NCBI GenBank assembly: GCA_053919585.1
Contig: CM132828.1
DNA length: 64,000 nucleotides
Reading direction: 5' to 3' (one strand)
DNA from: Euprymna scolopes
Lineage: Eukaryota
The notes under the pieces were generated by a model that worked only from the letters and a program-made list of their open reading frames with translations, did not search any database and had not been told where the DNA came from. This document shows positions 1-15,000 of this stretch, in pieces. Position 1 is the first letter of the stretch. Every line of letters begins with the position of its first letter. The translations under genes and the position numbers were made by a program.

Positions 1-3000
1 AAAGTCAATCATTTATTAAGTGGCAGATTTATTCACATGTAATAAAGTGAATCATTTATTAAGTGGCAGATTTATTCACACGTAATAAAGTCAATCATTT
101 ATTAAGTGGCAGATTTATTCACATGTAATAAAGTCAATCATTTATTAAGTAGCAGATTTATTCACACGTAATAAAGTCAATCATTTATTAAGTGGCAGAT
201 TTATTCACACGTAATAAAGTCAATCATGTATTAAGTGGCAGATTTATTCACACGTAATAAAGTCATTCATTTATTAAGTGGCAGATTTATTCACACGTAA
301 TAAAGTCAATCATTTATTAAGTGGCAGATTTATTCACACGTAATAAAGTCAATCATTTATTAAGTGGCAGACTTATTCACATGTAATAAAGTCAATCATT
401 TATTAAGTGGCAGATTTATCAACACGTAATAAAGTCAATCATTTATTAAGTGGCAGATTTATTCACATGTAATAAAGTCAATCATTTATTAACTGGCAGA
501 TTTATTCACACGTAATAAAGTCAATCATTTATTAAGTGGCAGATTTATTCACATGTAATAAAGTCAATCATTTATTAAGTGGCAGATTTATTCACACGTA
601 ATAAAGTCAATCATTTATTAAGTGGCAGATTTATTCACACGTAATAAAGTCAATCATTTATTAAGTGGCAGATTTATTCACACGTAATAAAGTCAATCAT
701 TTATTAAGTGGCAGATTTATTCACATGTAATAAAGTCAATCATTTATTAAGTGGCAGATTTATTAACACGTAATAAAGTCAATCATTTATTAAGTGGCAG
801 ATTTATTCACTTGTAATAAAGTCAATCATTTATTAAGTGGCAGATTTATTCACATGTAATAAAGTCAATCATTTATTAAGTGGCAGATTTATTCACACAT
901 AATAAAGTCAATCATTTATTAAGTGGCAGATTTATTCACACGTAATAAATTCAATCATTTATTAAGTGGCAGATTTATTCACACGTAATAAAGTCAATCA
1001 TTTATTAAGTGGGAGATTTATTCACACGTAATAAAGTCAATCATTTATTAACTGGCAGATTTATTCACATGTAATAAAGTCAATCATTTATTAAGTGGCA
1101 GATTTATTAACACGTAATAAAGTCAATCATTTATTAAGTGGCAGATTTATTCACATGTAATAAAGTCAATCATTTATAAAGTGGCAGATTTATTCACACA
1201 CATTAAAGTCAATCATTTATTAAGTGGCAGATTTATTCACACGTAATAAAGTCAATCATTTATTAAGTGGCAGATTTATTCACACGTAATAAAGTCAATC
1301 ATTTATTAAGTGGCAGATTTATTCACACGTAATAAAGTCAATCATTTATTAAGTGGCAGATTTATTCACACGTAATAAAGTCAATCATTTATTAAGTGGC
1401 AGATTTATTCACATGTAATAAAGTCAATCATTTATTAAGTGGCAGATTTATTAACACGTAATAAAGTCAATCATTTATTAAGTGGCAGATTTATTCACTT
1501 GTAATAAAGTCAATCATTTATTAAGTGGCAGATTTATTCACATGTAATAAAGTCAATCATTTATTAAGTGGCAGATTTATTCACACATAATAAAGTCAAT
1601 CATTTATTAAGTGGCAGATTTATTCACACGTAATAAATTCAATCATTTATTAAGTGGCAGATTTATTCACACGTAATAAAGTCAATCATTTATTAAGTGG
1701 GAGATTTATTCACACGTAATAAAGTCAATCATTTATTAACTGGCAGATTTATTCACATGTAATAAAGTCAATCATTTATTAAGTGGCAGATTTATTAACA
1801 CGTAATAAAGTCAATCATTTATTAAGTGGCAGATTTATTCACATGTAATAAAGTCAATCATTTATAAAGTGGCAGATTTATTCACACACATTAAAGTCAA
1901 TCATTTATTAAGTGGCAGATTTATTCACACGTAATTAAGTCAATCATTTATTAAGTGGCAGATTTATTCACACGTAATAAAGTCAATCATTTATTAAGTG
2001 GCAGATTTGTTCACACGTAATAAAGTCAATCATTTATTAAGTGGCAGATTTATTCACACGTAATAAAGTCAATCATTTATTAAGTGGCAAATTTATTCAC
2101 ACGTAATAAAGTCAATCATTTATTTAGTGGCAGATTTATTCACATGTAATAAAGTCAGTAATTTATTAAGTGGCAGATTTATTTACACGTAATAAAGTCA
2201 ATCATTTATTAAGTGGCAGATTTATTCACATGTAATAAAGTCAATCATTTATTAAGTGGCAGATTTATTCACACGTAATAAAGTCAATCATTTATTAAGT
2301 GGCAGATTAATTCACATGTAATAAAGTCAGTCATTTATTAAGTGGCAGATTTATTCACATGTAATAAAGTCAATCATTTATTAAGTCGCAGATTTATTCA
2401 CATGTAATAAAGTCAATCATTTATTAAGTAGCAGATTTATTCACACGTAATAAAGTCAATCATATATTAAGTGGCAGATTTATTCACATGTAATAAAGTC
2501 AATCATTTATTAAGTGGCAGATTTATTCACATGTAATAAAGTCAATCATTTATTCAGTAGCAGATTCATTTACACGTAATAAATTCAATCATTTATTAAG
2601 TGGCAGATTTATTCACACGTAATAAAGTCAATCATTTATTAAGTGGCAGATTTATTCACATGTAATACAGTCAGTCATTTATTAAGTGGCAGATTTATTC
2701 ACATGTAATAAAGTCAATCATTTATTAAGTGGCAGATTTATTCACACGTAATAAAGTCAATCATTTATTAAGTGGCAGATTTATTCACACGTAATAAAGT
2801 CAATCATTTATGAAGTGGCAGATTTATTCACATGTAATAAAGTCAGTCATTTATTAAGTGGCAGATTTATTCACACGTAATAAAGTCAATCATTGTTTAA
2901 GTGGCAGATTTATTCACGTGTAATAAAGTCAATCATTTATTAAGTAGCAGATTTCTTCACACGTAATAAAGTCAATCATTTATTAAGTGGCAGATTTATT

Positions 3001-6000
3001 CACACGTAATAAAGTCAATCATTTATTAAGTGGCAGATTTATTCACATGTAGTAAAGTCAGTCATTTATTAAGTGGCAGATTTATTCACACGTAATAAAG
3101 TCAATCATTTATTAAGTGGCAGATTTATTCACATGTAATAAAGTCAATCATTTATTAAGTGGCAGATTTATTCACATGTAATAAAGTGAATCATTAATTA
3201 AGTGGCAGATTTATTCACATGTAATAAAGTCAATCATTTATTAAGTAGCAGATTTATTCACACGTAATAAAGTCAATCATTTATTAAGTGGCAGATTTAT
3301 TCACACGTAATAAAGTCAATCATGTATTAAGTGGCAGATTTATTCACACGTAATAAAGTCATTCATTTATTAAGTGGCAGATTTATTCACACGTAATAAA
3401 GTCAATCATTTATTAAGTGGCAGATTTATTCACACGTAATAAAGTCAATCATTTATTAAGTGGCAGATTTATTCACATGTAATAAAGTCAATCATTTATT
3501 AAGTGGCAGATTTATCAACACGTAATAAAGTCAATCATTTATTAAGTGGCAGATTTATTCACATGTAATAAAGTCAATCATTTATTAAGTGGCAGATTTA
3601 TTCACACGTAATAAAGTCAATCATTTATTAAGTGGCAGATTTATTCACACGTAATAAAGTCAATCATTTATTAAGTGGCAGATTTATTCACATGTAATAA
3701 AGTCAATCATTTATTAAGTGGCAGATTTATTCACATGTAATAAAGTGAATCATTTATTAAGTGGCAGATTTATTCACACGTTATAAAGTCAATCATTTAT
3801 AAAGTGGCAGATTTATTCACACGTAATAAAGTCAATCATTTATTAAGTGGGAGATTTATTCACACGTAATAAAGTCAATCATTTATTAACTGGCAGGTTT
3901 ATTCACATGTAATAAAGTCAATCATTTATTAAGTGGCAGATTTATTCACACGTAATAAAGTCAATCATTTATTAAGTGGGAGATTTATTCACACGTAATA
4001 AAGTCAATCATTTATTAACTGGCAGATTTATTCACATGTAATAAAGTCAATCATTTATTAAGTGGCAGATTTATTAACACGTAATAAAGTCAATCATTTA
4101 TTAAGTGGCAGATTTATTCACATGTAATAAAGTCAATCATTTATAAAGTGGCAGATTTATTCACACACATTAAAGTCAATCATTTATTAAGTGGCAGATT
4201 TATTCACACGTAATAAAGTCAATCATTTATTAAGTGGCAGATTTATTCACACGTAATAAAGTCAATCATTTATTAAGTGGCAGATTTATTCACACGTAAT
4301 AAAGTCAATCATTTATTAAGTGGCAGATTTATTCACACGTAATAAAGTCAATCATTTATTAAGTGGCAGATTTATTCACATGTAATAAAGTCAATCATTT
4401 ATTAAGTGGCAGATTTATTAACACGTAATAAAGTCAATCATTTATTAAGTGGCAGATTTATTCACTTGTAATAAAGTCAATCATTTATTAAGTGGCAGAT
4501 TTATTCACATGTAATAAAGTCAATCATTTATTAAGTGGCAGATTTATTCACACATAATAAAGTCAATCATTTATTAAGTGGCAGATTTATTCACACGTAA
4601 TAAATTCAATCATTTATTAAGTGGCAGATTTATTCACACGTAATAAAGTCAATCATTTATTAAGTGGGAGATTTATTCACACGTAATAAAGTCAATCATT
4701 TATTAACTGGCAGATTTATTCACATGTAATAAAGTCAATCATTTATTAAGTGGCAGATTTATTAACACGTAATAAAGTCAATCATTTATTAAGTGGCAGA
4801 TTTATTCACATGTAATAAAGTCAATCATTTATAAAGTGGCAGATTTATTCACACACATTAAAGTCAATCATTTATTAAGTGGCAGATTTATTCACACGTA
4901 ATTAAGTCAATCATTTATTAAGTGGCAGATTTATTCACACGTAATAAAGTCAATCATTTATTAAGTGGCAGATTTGTTCACACGTAATAAAGTCAATCAT
5001 TTATTAAGTGGCAGATTTATTCACACGTAATAAAGTCAATCATTTATTAAGTGGCAAATTTATTCACACGTAATAAAGTCAATCATTTATTTAGTGGCAG
5101 ATTTATTCACATGTAATAAAGTCAGTAATTTATTAAGTGGCAGATTTATTTACACGTAATAAAGTCAATCATTTATTAAGTGGCAGATTTATTCACATGT
5201 AATAAAGTCAATCATTTATTAAGTGGCAGATTTATTCACACGTAATAAAGTCAATCATTTATTAAGTGGCAGATTAATTCACATGTAATAAAGTCAGTCA
5301 TTTATTAAGTGGCAGATTTATTCACATGTAATAAAGTCAATCATTTATTAAGTCGCAGATTTATTCACATGTAATAAAGTCAATCATTTATTAAGTAGCA
5401 GATTTATTCACACGTAATAAAGTCAATCATATATTAAGTGGCAGATTTATTCACATGTAATAAAGTCAATCATTTATTAAGTGGCAGATTTATTCACATG
5501 TAATAAAGTCAATCATTTATTCAGTAGCAGATTCATTTACACGTAATAAATTCAATCATTTATTAAGTGGCAGATTTATTCACACGTAATAAAGTCAATC
5601 ATTTATTAAGTGGCAGATTTATTCACATGTAATACAGTCAGTCATTTATTAAGTGGCAGATTTATTCACATGTAATAAAGTCAATCATTTATTAAGTGGC
5701 AGATTTATTCACACGTAATAAAGTCAATCATTTATTAAGTGGCAGATTTATTCACACGTAATAAAGTCAATCATTTATGAAGTGGCAGATTTATTCACAT
5801 GTAATAAAGTCAGTCATTTATTAAGTGGCAGATTTATTCACACGTAATAAAGTCAATCATTGTTTAAGTGGCAGATTTATTCACGTGTAATAAAGTCAAT
5901 CATTTATTAAGTAGCAGATTTCTTCACACGTAATAAAGTCAATCATTTATTAAGTGGCAGATTTATTCACACGTAATAAAGTCAATCATTTATTAAGTGG

Positions 6001-9000
6001 CAGATTTATTCACATGTAGTAAAGTCAGTCATTTATTAAGTGGCAGATTTATTCACACGTAATAAAGTCAATCATTTATTAAGTGGCAGATTTATTCACA
6101 TGTAATAAAGTCAATCATTTATTAAGTGGCAGATTTATTCACATGTAATAAAGTGAATCATTAATTAAGTGGCAGATTTATTCACATGTAATAAAGTCAA
6201 TCATTTATTAAGTAGCAGATTTATTCACACGTAATAAAGTCAATCATTTATTAAGTGGCAGATTTATTCACACGTAATAAAGTCAATCATGTATTAAGTG
6301 GCAGATTTATTCACACGTAATAAAGTCATTCATTTATTAAGTGGCAGATTTATTCACACGTAATAAAGTCAATCATTTATTAAGTGGCAGATTTATTCAC
6401 ACGTAATAAAGTCAATCATTTATTAAGTGGCAGATTTATTCACATGTAATAAAGTCAATCATTTATTAAGTGGCAGATTTATCAACACGTAATAAAGTCA
6501 ATCATTTATTAAGTGGCAGATTTATTCACATGTAATAAAGTCAATCATTTATTAAGTGGCAGATTTATTCACACGTAATAAAGTCAATCATTTATTAAGT
6601 GGCAGATTTATTCACACGTAATAAAGTCAATCATTTATTAAGTGGCAGATTTATTCACATGTAATAAAGTCAATCATTTATTAAGTGGCAGATTTATTCA
6701 CATGTAATAAAGTGAATCATTTATTAAGTGGCAGATTTATTCACACGTTATAAAGTCAATCATTTATAAAGTGGCAGATTTATTCACACGTAATAAAGTC
6801 AATCATTTATTAAGTGGGAGATTTATTCACACGTAATAAAGTCAATCATTTATTAACTGGCAGGTTTATTCACATGTAATAAAGTCAATCATTTATTAAG
6901 TGGCAGATTTATTCACACGTAATAAAGTCAATCATTTATTAAGTGGCAGATTTATTCACATGTAATAAAGTCAATCATTTATAAAGTGGCAGATTTATTC
7001 ACACACATTAAAGTCAATCATTTATTAAGTGGCAGATTTATTCACACGTAATAAAGTCAATCATTTATTAAGTGGCAGATTTATTCACACGTAATAAAGT
7101 CAATCATTTATTAAGTGGCAGATTTATTCACACGTAATAAAGTCAATCATTTATTAAGTGGCAGATTTATTCACACGTAATAAAGTCAATCATTTATTAA
7201 GTGGCAAATTTATTCACACGTAATAAAGTCAATCATTTATTTAGTGGCAGATTTATTCACATGTAATAAAGTCAGTAATTTATTAAGTGGCAGATTTATT
7301 CACACGTAATAAAGTCAATCATTTATTAAGTGGCAGATTTATTCACATGTAATAAAGTCAATCATTTATTAAGTGGCAGATTTATTCACACGTAATAAAG
7401 TCAATCATTTATTAAGTGGCAGATTAATTCACATGTAATAAAGTCAGTCATTTATTAAGTGGCAGATTTATTCACATGTAATAAAGTCAATCATTTATTA
7501 CGTCGCAGATTTATTCACATGTAATAAAGTCAATCATTTATTAAGTAGCAGATTTATTCACACGTAATAAAGTCAATCATATATTAAGTGGCAGATTTAT
7601 TCACATGTAATAAAGTCAATCATTTATTAAGTGGCAGATTTATTCACATGTAATAAAGTCAATCATTTATTCAGTAGCAGATTCATTTACACGTAATAAA
7701 GTCAATCATTTATTAAGTGGCAGATGTATTCACACGTAATAAAGTCAATCATTTATTAAGTGGCAGATTTATTCACATGTAATACAGTCAGTCATTTATT
7801 AAGTGGCAGATTTATTCACATGTAATAAAGTCAATCATTTATTAAGTAGCAGATTTATTCACACGTAATAAAGTCAATCATTTATTAAGTGGCAGATTTA
7901 TTCACACGTAATAAAGTCAATCATTTATGAAGTGGCAGATTTATTCACATGTAATAAAGTACGTCATTTATTAAGTGGCAGATTTATTCACACGTAATAA
8001 AGTCAATCATTTATTAAGTGGCAGATTTATTCACGTGTAATAAAGTCAATCATTTATTAAGTAGCAGATTTCTTCACACGTAATAAAGTCAATCATTTAT
8101 TAAGTGGCAGATTTATTCACACGTAATAAAGTCAATCATTTATTAAGTGGCAGATTTATTCACATGTAGTAAAGTCAGTCATTTATTAAGTGGCAGATTT
8201 ATTCACACGTAATAAAGTCAATCATTTATTAAGTGGCAGATTTATCAACACATAATAAAGTCAATCATTTATTAAGTGGCAGATTTATTCACATGTAATA
8301 AAGTCAATCATTTATTAACTGGCAGATTTATTCACACGTAATAAAGTCAATCATTTATTAAGTGGCAGATTTATTCACACGTAATAAAGTCAATCATTTA
8401 TTAAGTGGCAGATTTATTCACATGTAATAAAGTCAATCATTTATTAAGTGGCAGATTTATTCACATGTAATAAAGTGAATCATTTATTAAGTGGCAGATT
8501 TATTCACACGTAATAAAGTCAATCATTTATTAAGTGGCAGATTTATTCACATGTAATAAAGTCAATCATTTATTAAGTAGCAGATTTATTCACACGTAAT
8601 AAAGTCAATCATTTATTAAGTGGCAGATTTATTCACACGTAATAAAGTCAATCATGTATTAAGTGGCAGATTTATTCACACGTAATAAAGTCATTCATTT
8701 ATTAAGTGGCAGATTTATTCACACGTAATAAAGTCAATCATTTATTAAGTGGCAGATTTATTCACACGTAATAAAGTCAATCATTTATTAAGTGGCAGAT
8801 TTATTCACATGTAATAAAGTCAATCATTTATTAAGTGGCAGATTTATCAACACGTAATAAAGTCAATCATTTATTAAGTGGCAGATTTATTCACATGTAA
8901 TAAAGTCAATCATTTATTAACTGGCAGATTTATTCACACGTAATAAAGTCAATCATTTATTAAGTGGCAGATTTATTCACATGTAATAAAGTCAATCATT

Positions 9001-12000
9001 TATTAAGTGGCAGATTTATTCACACGTAATAAAGTCAATCATTTATTAAGTGGCAGATTTATTCACACGTAATACAGTCAATCATTTATTAAGTGGCAAA
9101 TTGATTCACACGTAATAAAGTCAATCATTTATTTAGTGGCAGATTTATTCACATGTAATAAAGTCAGTAATTTATTAAGTGGCAGATTTATTCACACGTA
9201 ATAAAGTCAATCATTTATTAAGTGGCAGATTTATTCACATGTAATAAAGTCAATCATTTATTAAGTGGCAGATTTATTAACACGTAATAAAGTCAATCAT
9301 TTATTAAGTGGCAGATTTATTCACATGTAATAAAGTCAATCATTTATAAAGTGGCAGATTTATTCACACACATTAAAGTCAATCATTTATTAAGTGGCAG
9401 ATTTATTCACACGTAATAAAGTCAATCATTTATTAAGTGGCAGATTTATTCACACGTAATAAAGTCAATCATTTATTAAGTGGCAGATTTATTCACACGT
9501 AATAAAGTCAATCATTTATTAAGTGGCAGATTTATTCACACGTAATAAAGTCAATCATTTATTAAGTGGCAAATTTATTCACACGTAATAAAGTCAATCA
9601 TTTATTTAGTGGCAGATTTATTCACATGTAATAAAGTCAGTAATTTATTAAGTGGCAGATTTATTTACACGTAATAAAGTCAATCATTTATTAGGTGGCA
9701 GATTTATTCACATGTAATAAAGTCAATCATTTATTAAGTGGCAGATTTATTCACACGTAAAAAAGTCAATCATTTATTAAGTGGCAGATTTATTCACATG
9801 TAATAAAGTCAGTCATTTATTAAGTGGCAGATTTATTCACATGTAATAAAGTCAATCATTTATTAAGTCGCAGATTTATTCACATGTAATAAAGTCAATC
9901 ATTTATTAAGTAGCAGATTTATTCAAACGTAATAAAGTCAATCATATATTAAGTGGCAGATTTATTCACATGTAATAAAGTCAATCATTTATTAAGTGGC
10001 AGATTTATTCACATGTAATAAAGTCAATCATTTATTCAGTAGCAGATTCATTTACACGTAATAAAGTCAATCATTTATTAAGTGGCAGATTTATTCACAC
10101 GTAATAAAGTCAATCATTTATTAAGTGGCAGATTTATTCACATGTAATACAGTCAGTCATTTATTAAGTGGCAGATTTATTCACATGTATTAAAGTCAAT
10201 CATTTATTAAGTAGCAGATTTATTCACACGTAATAAAGTCAATCATTTATTAAGTGGCAGATTTATTCACACGTAATAAAGTCAATCATTTATAGAAGTG
10301 GCAGATTTATTCACATGTAATAAAGTCAGTCATTTATTAAGTGGCAGATTTATTCACACGTAATAAAGTCAATCATTTATTAAGTGGCAGATTTATTCAC
10401 GTGTAATAAAGTCAATCATGTATTAAGTAGCAGATTTCTTCACACGTAATAAAGTCAATCATTTATTAAGTGGCAGATTTATTCACACGTAATAAAGTCA
10501 ATCATTTATTAAGTGGCAGATTTATTCACATGTAGTAAAGTCAGTCATTTATTAAGTGGCAGATTTATTCACACGTAATAAAGTCAATCATTTATTAAGT
10601 GGCAGATTTATTCACATGTAATAAAGTCAATCATTTATTAAGTGGCAGATTTATTCACATGTAATAAAGTGAATCATTTATTAAGTGGCAGATTTATTCA
10701 CACGTAATAAAGTCAATCATTTATTAAGTGGCAGATTTATTCACATGTAATAAAGTCAATCTTTATTAAGTAGCAGATTTATTCACACGTAATAAAGTCA
10801 ATCATTTATTAAGTGGCAGATTTATTCACACGTAATAAAGTCAATCATGTATTAAGTGGCAGATTTATTCACACGTAATAAAGTCATTCATTTATTAAGT
10901 GGCAGATTTATTCACACGTAATAAAGTCAATCATTTATTAAGTGGCAGATTTATTCACACGTAATAAAGTCAATCATTTATTAAGTTGCAGATTTATTCA
11001 CATGTAATAAAGTCAATCATTTATTAAGTGGCAGATTTATCAACACGTAATAAAGTCAATCATTTATTAAGTGGCAGATTTATTCACATGTAATAAAGTC
11101 AATCATTTATTAACTGGCAGATTTATTCACACGTAATAAAGTCAATCATTTATTAAGTGGCAGATTTATTCACATGTAATAAAGTCAATCATTTATTAAG
11201 TGGCAGATTTATTCACACGTAATAAAGTCAATCATTTATTAAGTGGCAGATTTATTCACACGTAATACAGTCAATCATTTATTAAGTGGCAAATTGATTC
11301 ACACGTAATAAAGTCAATCATTTATTTAGTGGCAGATTTATTCACATGTAATAAAGTCAGTAATTTATTAAGTGGCAGATTTATTCACACGTAATAAAGT
11401 CAATCATTTATTAAGTGGCAGATTTATTCACATGTAATAAAGTCAATCATTTATTAAGTGGCAGATTTATTAACACGTAATAAAGTCAATCATTTATTAA
11501 GTGGCAGATTTATTCACATGTAATAAAGTCAATCATTTATTAACTGGCAGATTTATTCACATGTAATAAAGTCAATCATTTATTAAGTGGCAGATTTATT
11601 AACACGTAATAAAGTCAATCATTTATTAAGTGGCAGATTTATTCACATGTAATAAAGTCAATCATTTATAAAGTGGCAGATTTATTCACACACATTAAAG
11701 TCAATCATTTATTAAGTGGCAGATTTATTCACACGTAATAAAGTCAATCATTTATTAAGTGGCAGATTTATTCACACGTAATAAAGTCAATCATTTATTA
11801 AGTGGCAGATTTATTCACACGTAATAAAGTCAATCATTTATTAAGTGGCAGATTTATTCACACGTAATAAAGTCAATCATTTATTAAGTGGCAAATTTAT
11901 TCACACGTAATAAAGTCAATCATTTATTTAGTGGCAGATTTATTCACATGTAATAAAGTCAGTAATTTATTAAGTGGCAGATTTATTTACACGTAATAAA

Positions 12001-15000
12001 GTCAATCATTTATTAAGTGGCAGATTTATTCACATGTAATAAAGTCAATCATTTATTAAGTGGCAGATTTATTCACACGTAATAAAGTCAATCATTTATT
12101 AAGTGGCAGATTTATTCACATGTAATAAAGTCAGTCATTTATTAAGTGGCAGATTTATTCACATGTAATAAAGTCAATCATTTATTAAGTCGCAGATTTA
12201 TTCACATGTAATAAAGTCAATCATTTATTAAGTAGCAGATTTATTCACACGTAATAAAGTCAATCATATATTAAGTGGCAGATTTATTCACATGTAATAA
12301 AGTCAATCATTTATTAAGTGGCAGATTTATTCACATGTAATAAAGTCAATCATTTATTCAGTAGCAGATTCATTTACACGTAATAAAGTCAATCATTTAT
12401 TAAGTGGCAGATTTATTCACACGTAATAAAGTCAATCATTTATTAAGTGGCAGATTTATTCACATGTAATACAGTCAGTCATTTATTAAGTGGCAGATTT
12501 ATTCACATGTAATAAAGTCAATCATTTATTAAGTAGCAGATTTATTCACACGTAATAAAGTCAATCATTTATTAAGTGGCAGATTTATTCACACGTAATA
12601 AAGTCAATCATTTATGAAGTGGCAGATTTATTCACATGTAATAAAGTCAGTCATTTATTAAGTGTCAGATTTATTCACACGTAATAAAGTCAATCATTTA
12701 TTAAGTGGCAGATTTATTCACGTGTAATAAAGTCAATCATTTATTAAGTAGCAGATTTCTTCACACGTAATAAAGTCAATCATTTATTAAGTGGCAGATT
12801 TATTCACACGTAATAAAGTCAATCATTTATTAAGTGGCAGATTTATTCACATGTAGTAAAGTCAGTCATTTATTAAGTGGCAGATTTATTCACACGTAAT
12901 AAAGTCAATCATTTATTAAGTGGCAGATTTATTCACATGTAATAAAGTCAATCATTTATTAAGTGGCAGATTTATTCACATGTAATAAAGTGAATCATTT
13001 ATTAAGTGGCAGATTTATTCACACGTAATAAAGTCAATCATTTATTAAGTGGCAGATTTATTCACATGTAATAAAGTCAATCTTTATTAAGTAGCAGATT
13101 TATTCACACGTAATAAAGTCAATCATTTATTAAGTGGCAGATTTATTCACACGTAATAAAGTCAATCATGTATTAAGTGGCAGATTTATTCACACGTAAT
13201 AAAGTCATTCATTTATTAAGTGGCAGATTTATTCACACGTAATAAAGTCAATCATTTATTAAGTGGCAGATTTATTCACACGTAATAAAGTCAATCATTT
13301 ATTAAGTGGCAGATTTATTCACATGTAATAAAGTCAATCATTTATTAAGTGGCAGATTTATCAACACGTAATAAAGTCAATCATTTATTAAGTGGCAGAT
13401 TTATTCACATGTAATAAAGTCAATCATTTATTAACTGGCAGATTTATTCACACGTAATAAAGTCAATCATTTATTAAGTGGCAGATTTATTCACATGTAA
13501 TAAAGTCAATAATTTATTAAGTGGCAGATTTATTCACATGTAATAAAGTCAATCATTTATTAAGTGGCAGATTTATTCACTTGTAATAAAGTCAATAATT
13601 TATTAAGTGGCAGATTTATTCACATGTAATAAAGTCAATCATTTATTAAGTGGCAGATTTATTCACACATAATAAAGTCAATCATTTATTAAGTGGCAGA
13701 TTTATTCACACGTAATAAATTCAATCATTTATTAAGTGGCAGATTTATTCACACGTAATAAAGTCAATCATTTATTAAGTGGGAGATTTATTCACACGTA
13801 ATAAAGTCAATCATTTATTAACTGGCAGATTTATTCACATGTAATAAAGTCAATCATTTATTAAGTGGCAGATTTATTAACACGTAATAAAGTCAATCAT
13901 TTATTAAGTGGCAGATTTATTCACATGTAATAAAGTCAATCATTTATAAAGTGGCAGATTTATTCACACATAATAAAGTCAATCATTTATTAAGTGGCAG
14001 ATTTATTCACACGTAATAAAGTCAATCATTTATTAAGTGGCAGATTTATTCACACGTAATAAAGTCAATCATTTATTAAGTGGCAGATTTATTCACACGT
14101 AATACAGTCAATCATTTATTAAGTGGCAAATTGATTCACACGTAATAAAGTCAATCATTTATTTAGTGGCAGATTTATTCACATGTAATAAAGTCAGTAA
14201 TTTATTAAGTGGCAGATTTATTTACACGTAATAAAGTCAATCATTTATTAAGTGGCAGATTTATTCACATGTAATAAAGTCAATCATTTATTAAGTGGCA
14301 GATTTATTCACACGTAATAAAGTCAATCATTTATTAAGTGGCAGATTTATTCACATGTAATAAAGTCAGTCATTTATTAAGTGGCAGATTTATTCACATG
14401 TAATAAAGTCAATCATTTATTAAGTGGCAGATTTATTCACATGTAATAAAGTCAATCATTTATTAAGTAGCAGATTTATTCACACGTAATAAAGTCAATC
14501 ATATATTAAGTGGCAGATTTATTCACATGTAATAAAGTCAATCATTTATTAAGTGGCAGATTTATTCACATGTAATAAAGTCAATCATTTATTCAGTAGC
14601 AGATTCATTAACACGTAATAAAGTCAATCATTTATTAAGTGGCAGATTTATTCACACGTAATAAAGTCAATCATTTATTAAGTGGCAGATTTATTCACAT
14701 GTAATAAAGTCAGTCATTTATTAAGTGGCAGATTTATTCACACGTAATAAAGTCAATCATTTATTAAGTTGCAGATTTATTCACATGTAATAAAGTCAAT
14801 CATTTATTAAGTGGCAGATTTATTCACATGTAATAAAGTCAGTCATTTATTAAGTGGCAGATTTATTCACATGTAATAAAGTCAATCATTTATGAAGTGG
14901 CAGATTTATTCACACGTAATAAATTCAATCATTTATTAAGTGGCAGATTTATTCACATGTAATAAAGTCAATCATTTATTAAGTGGCAGATTTATCAACA

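Noticed and set aside
1-43. Homeodomain-type motifs in the monomer (TTAAGTGG NK-like, TGATTGAC Pbx-like on minus, GTAATAAA Cdx/Hox-like)
   Set aside because: Short AT-rich motifs are expected by chance in any such monomer, and the sequence alone gives no support for function.
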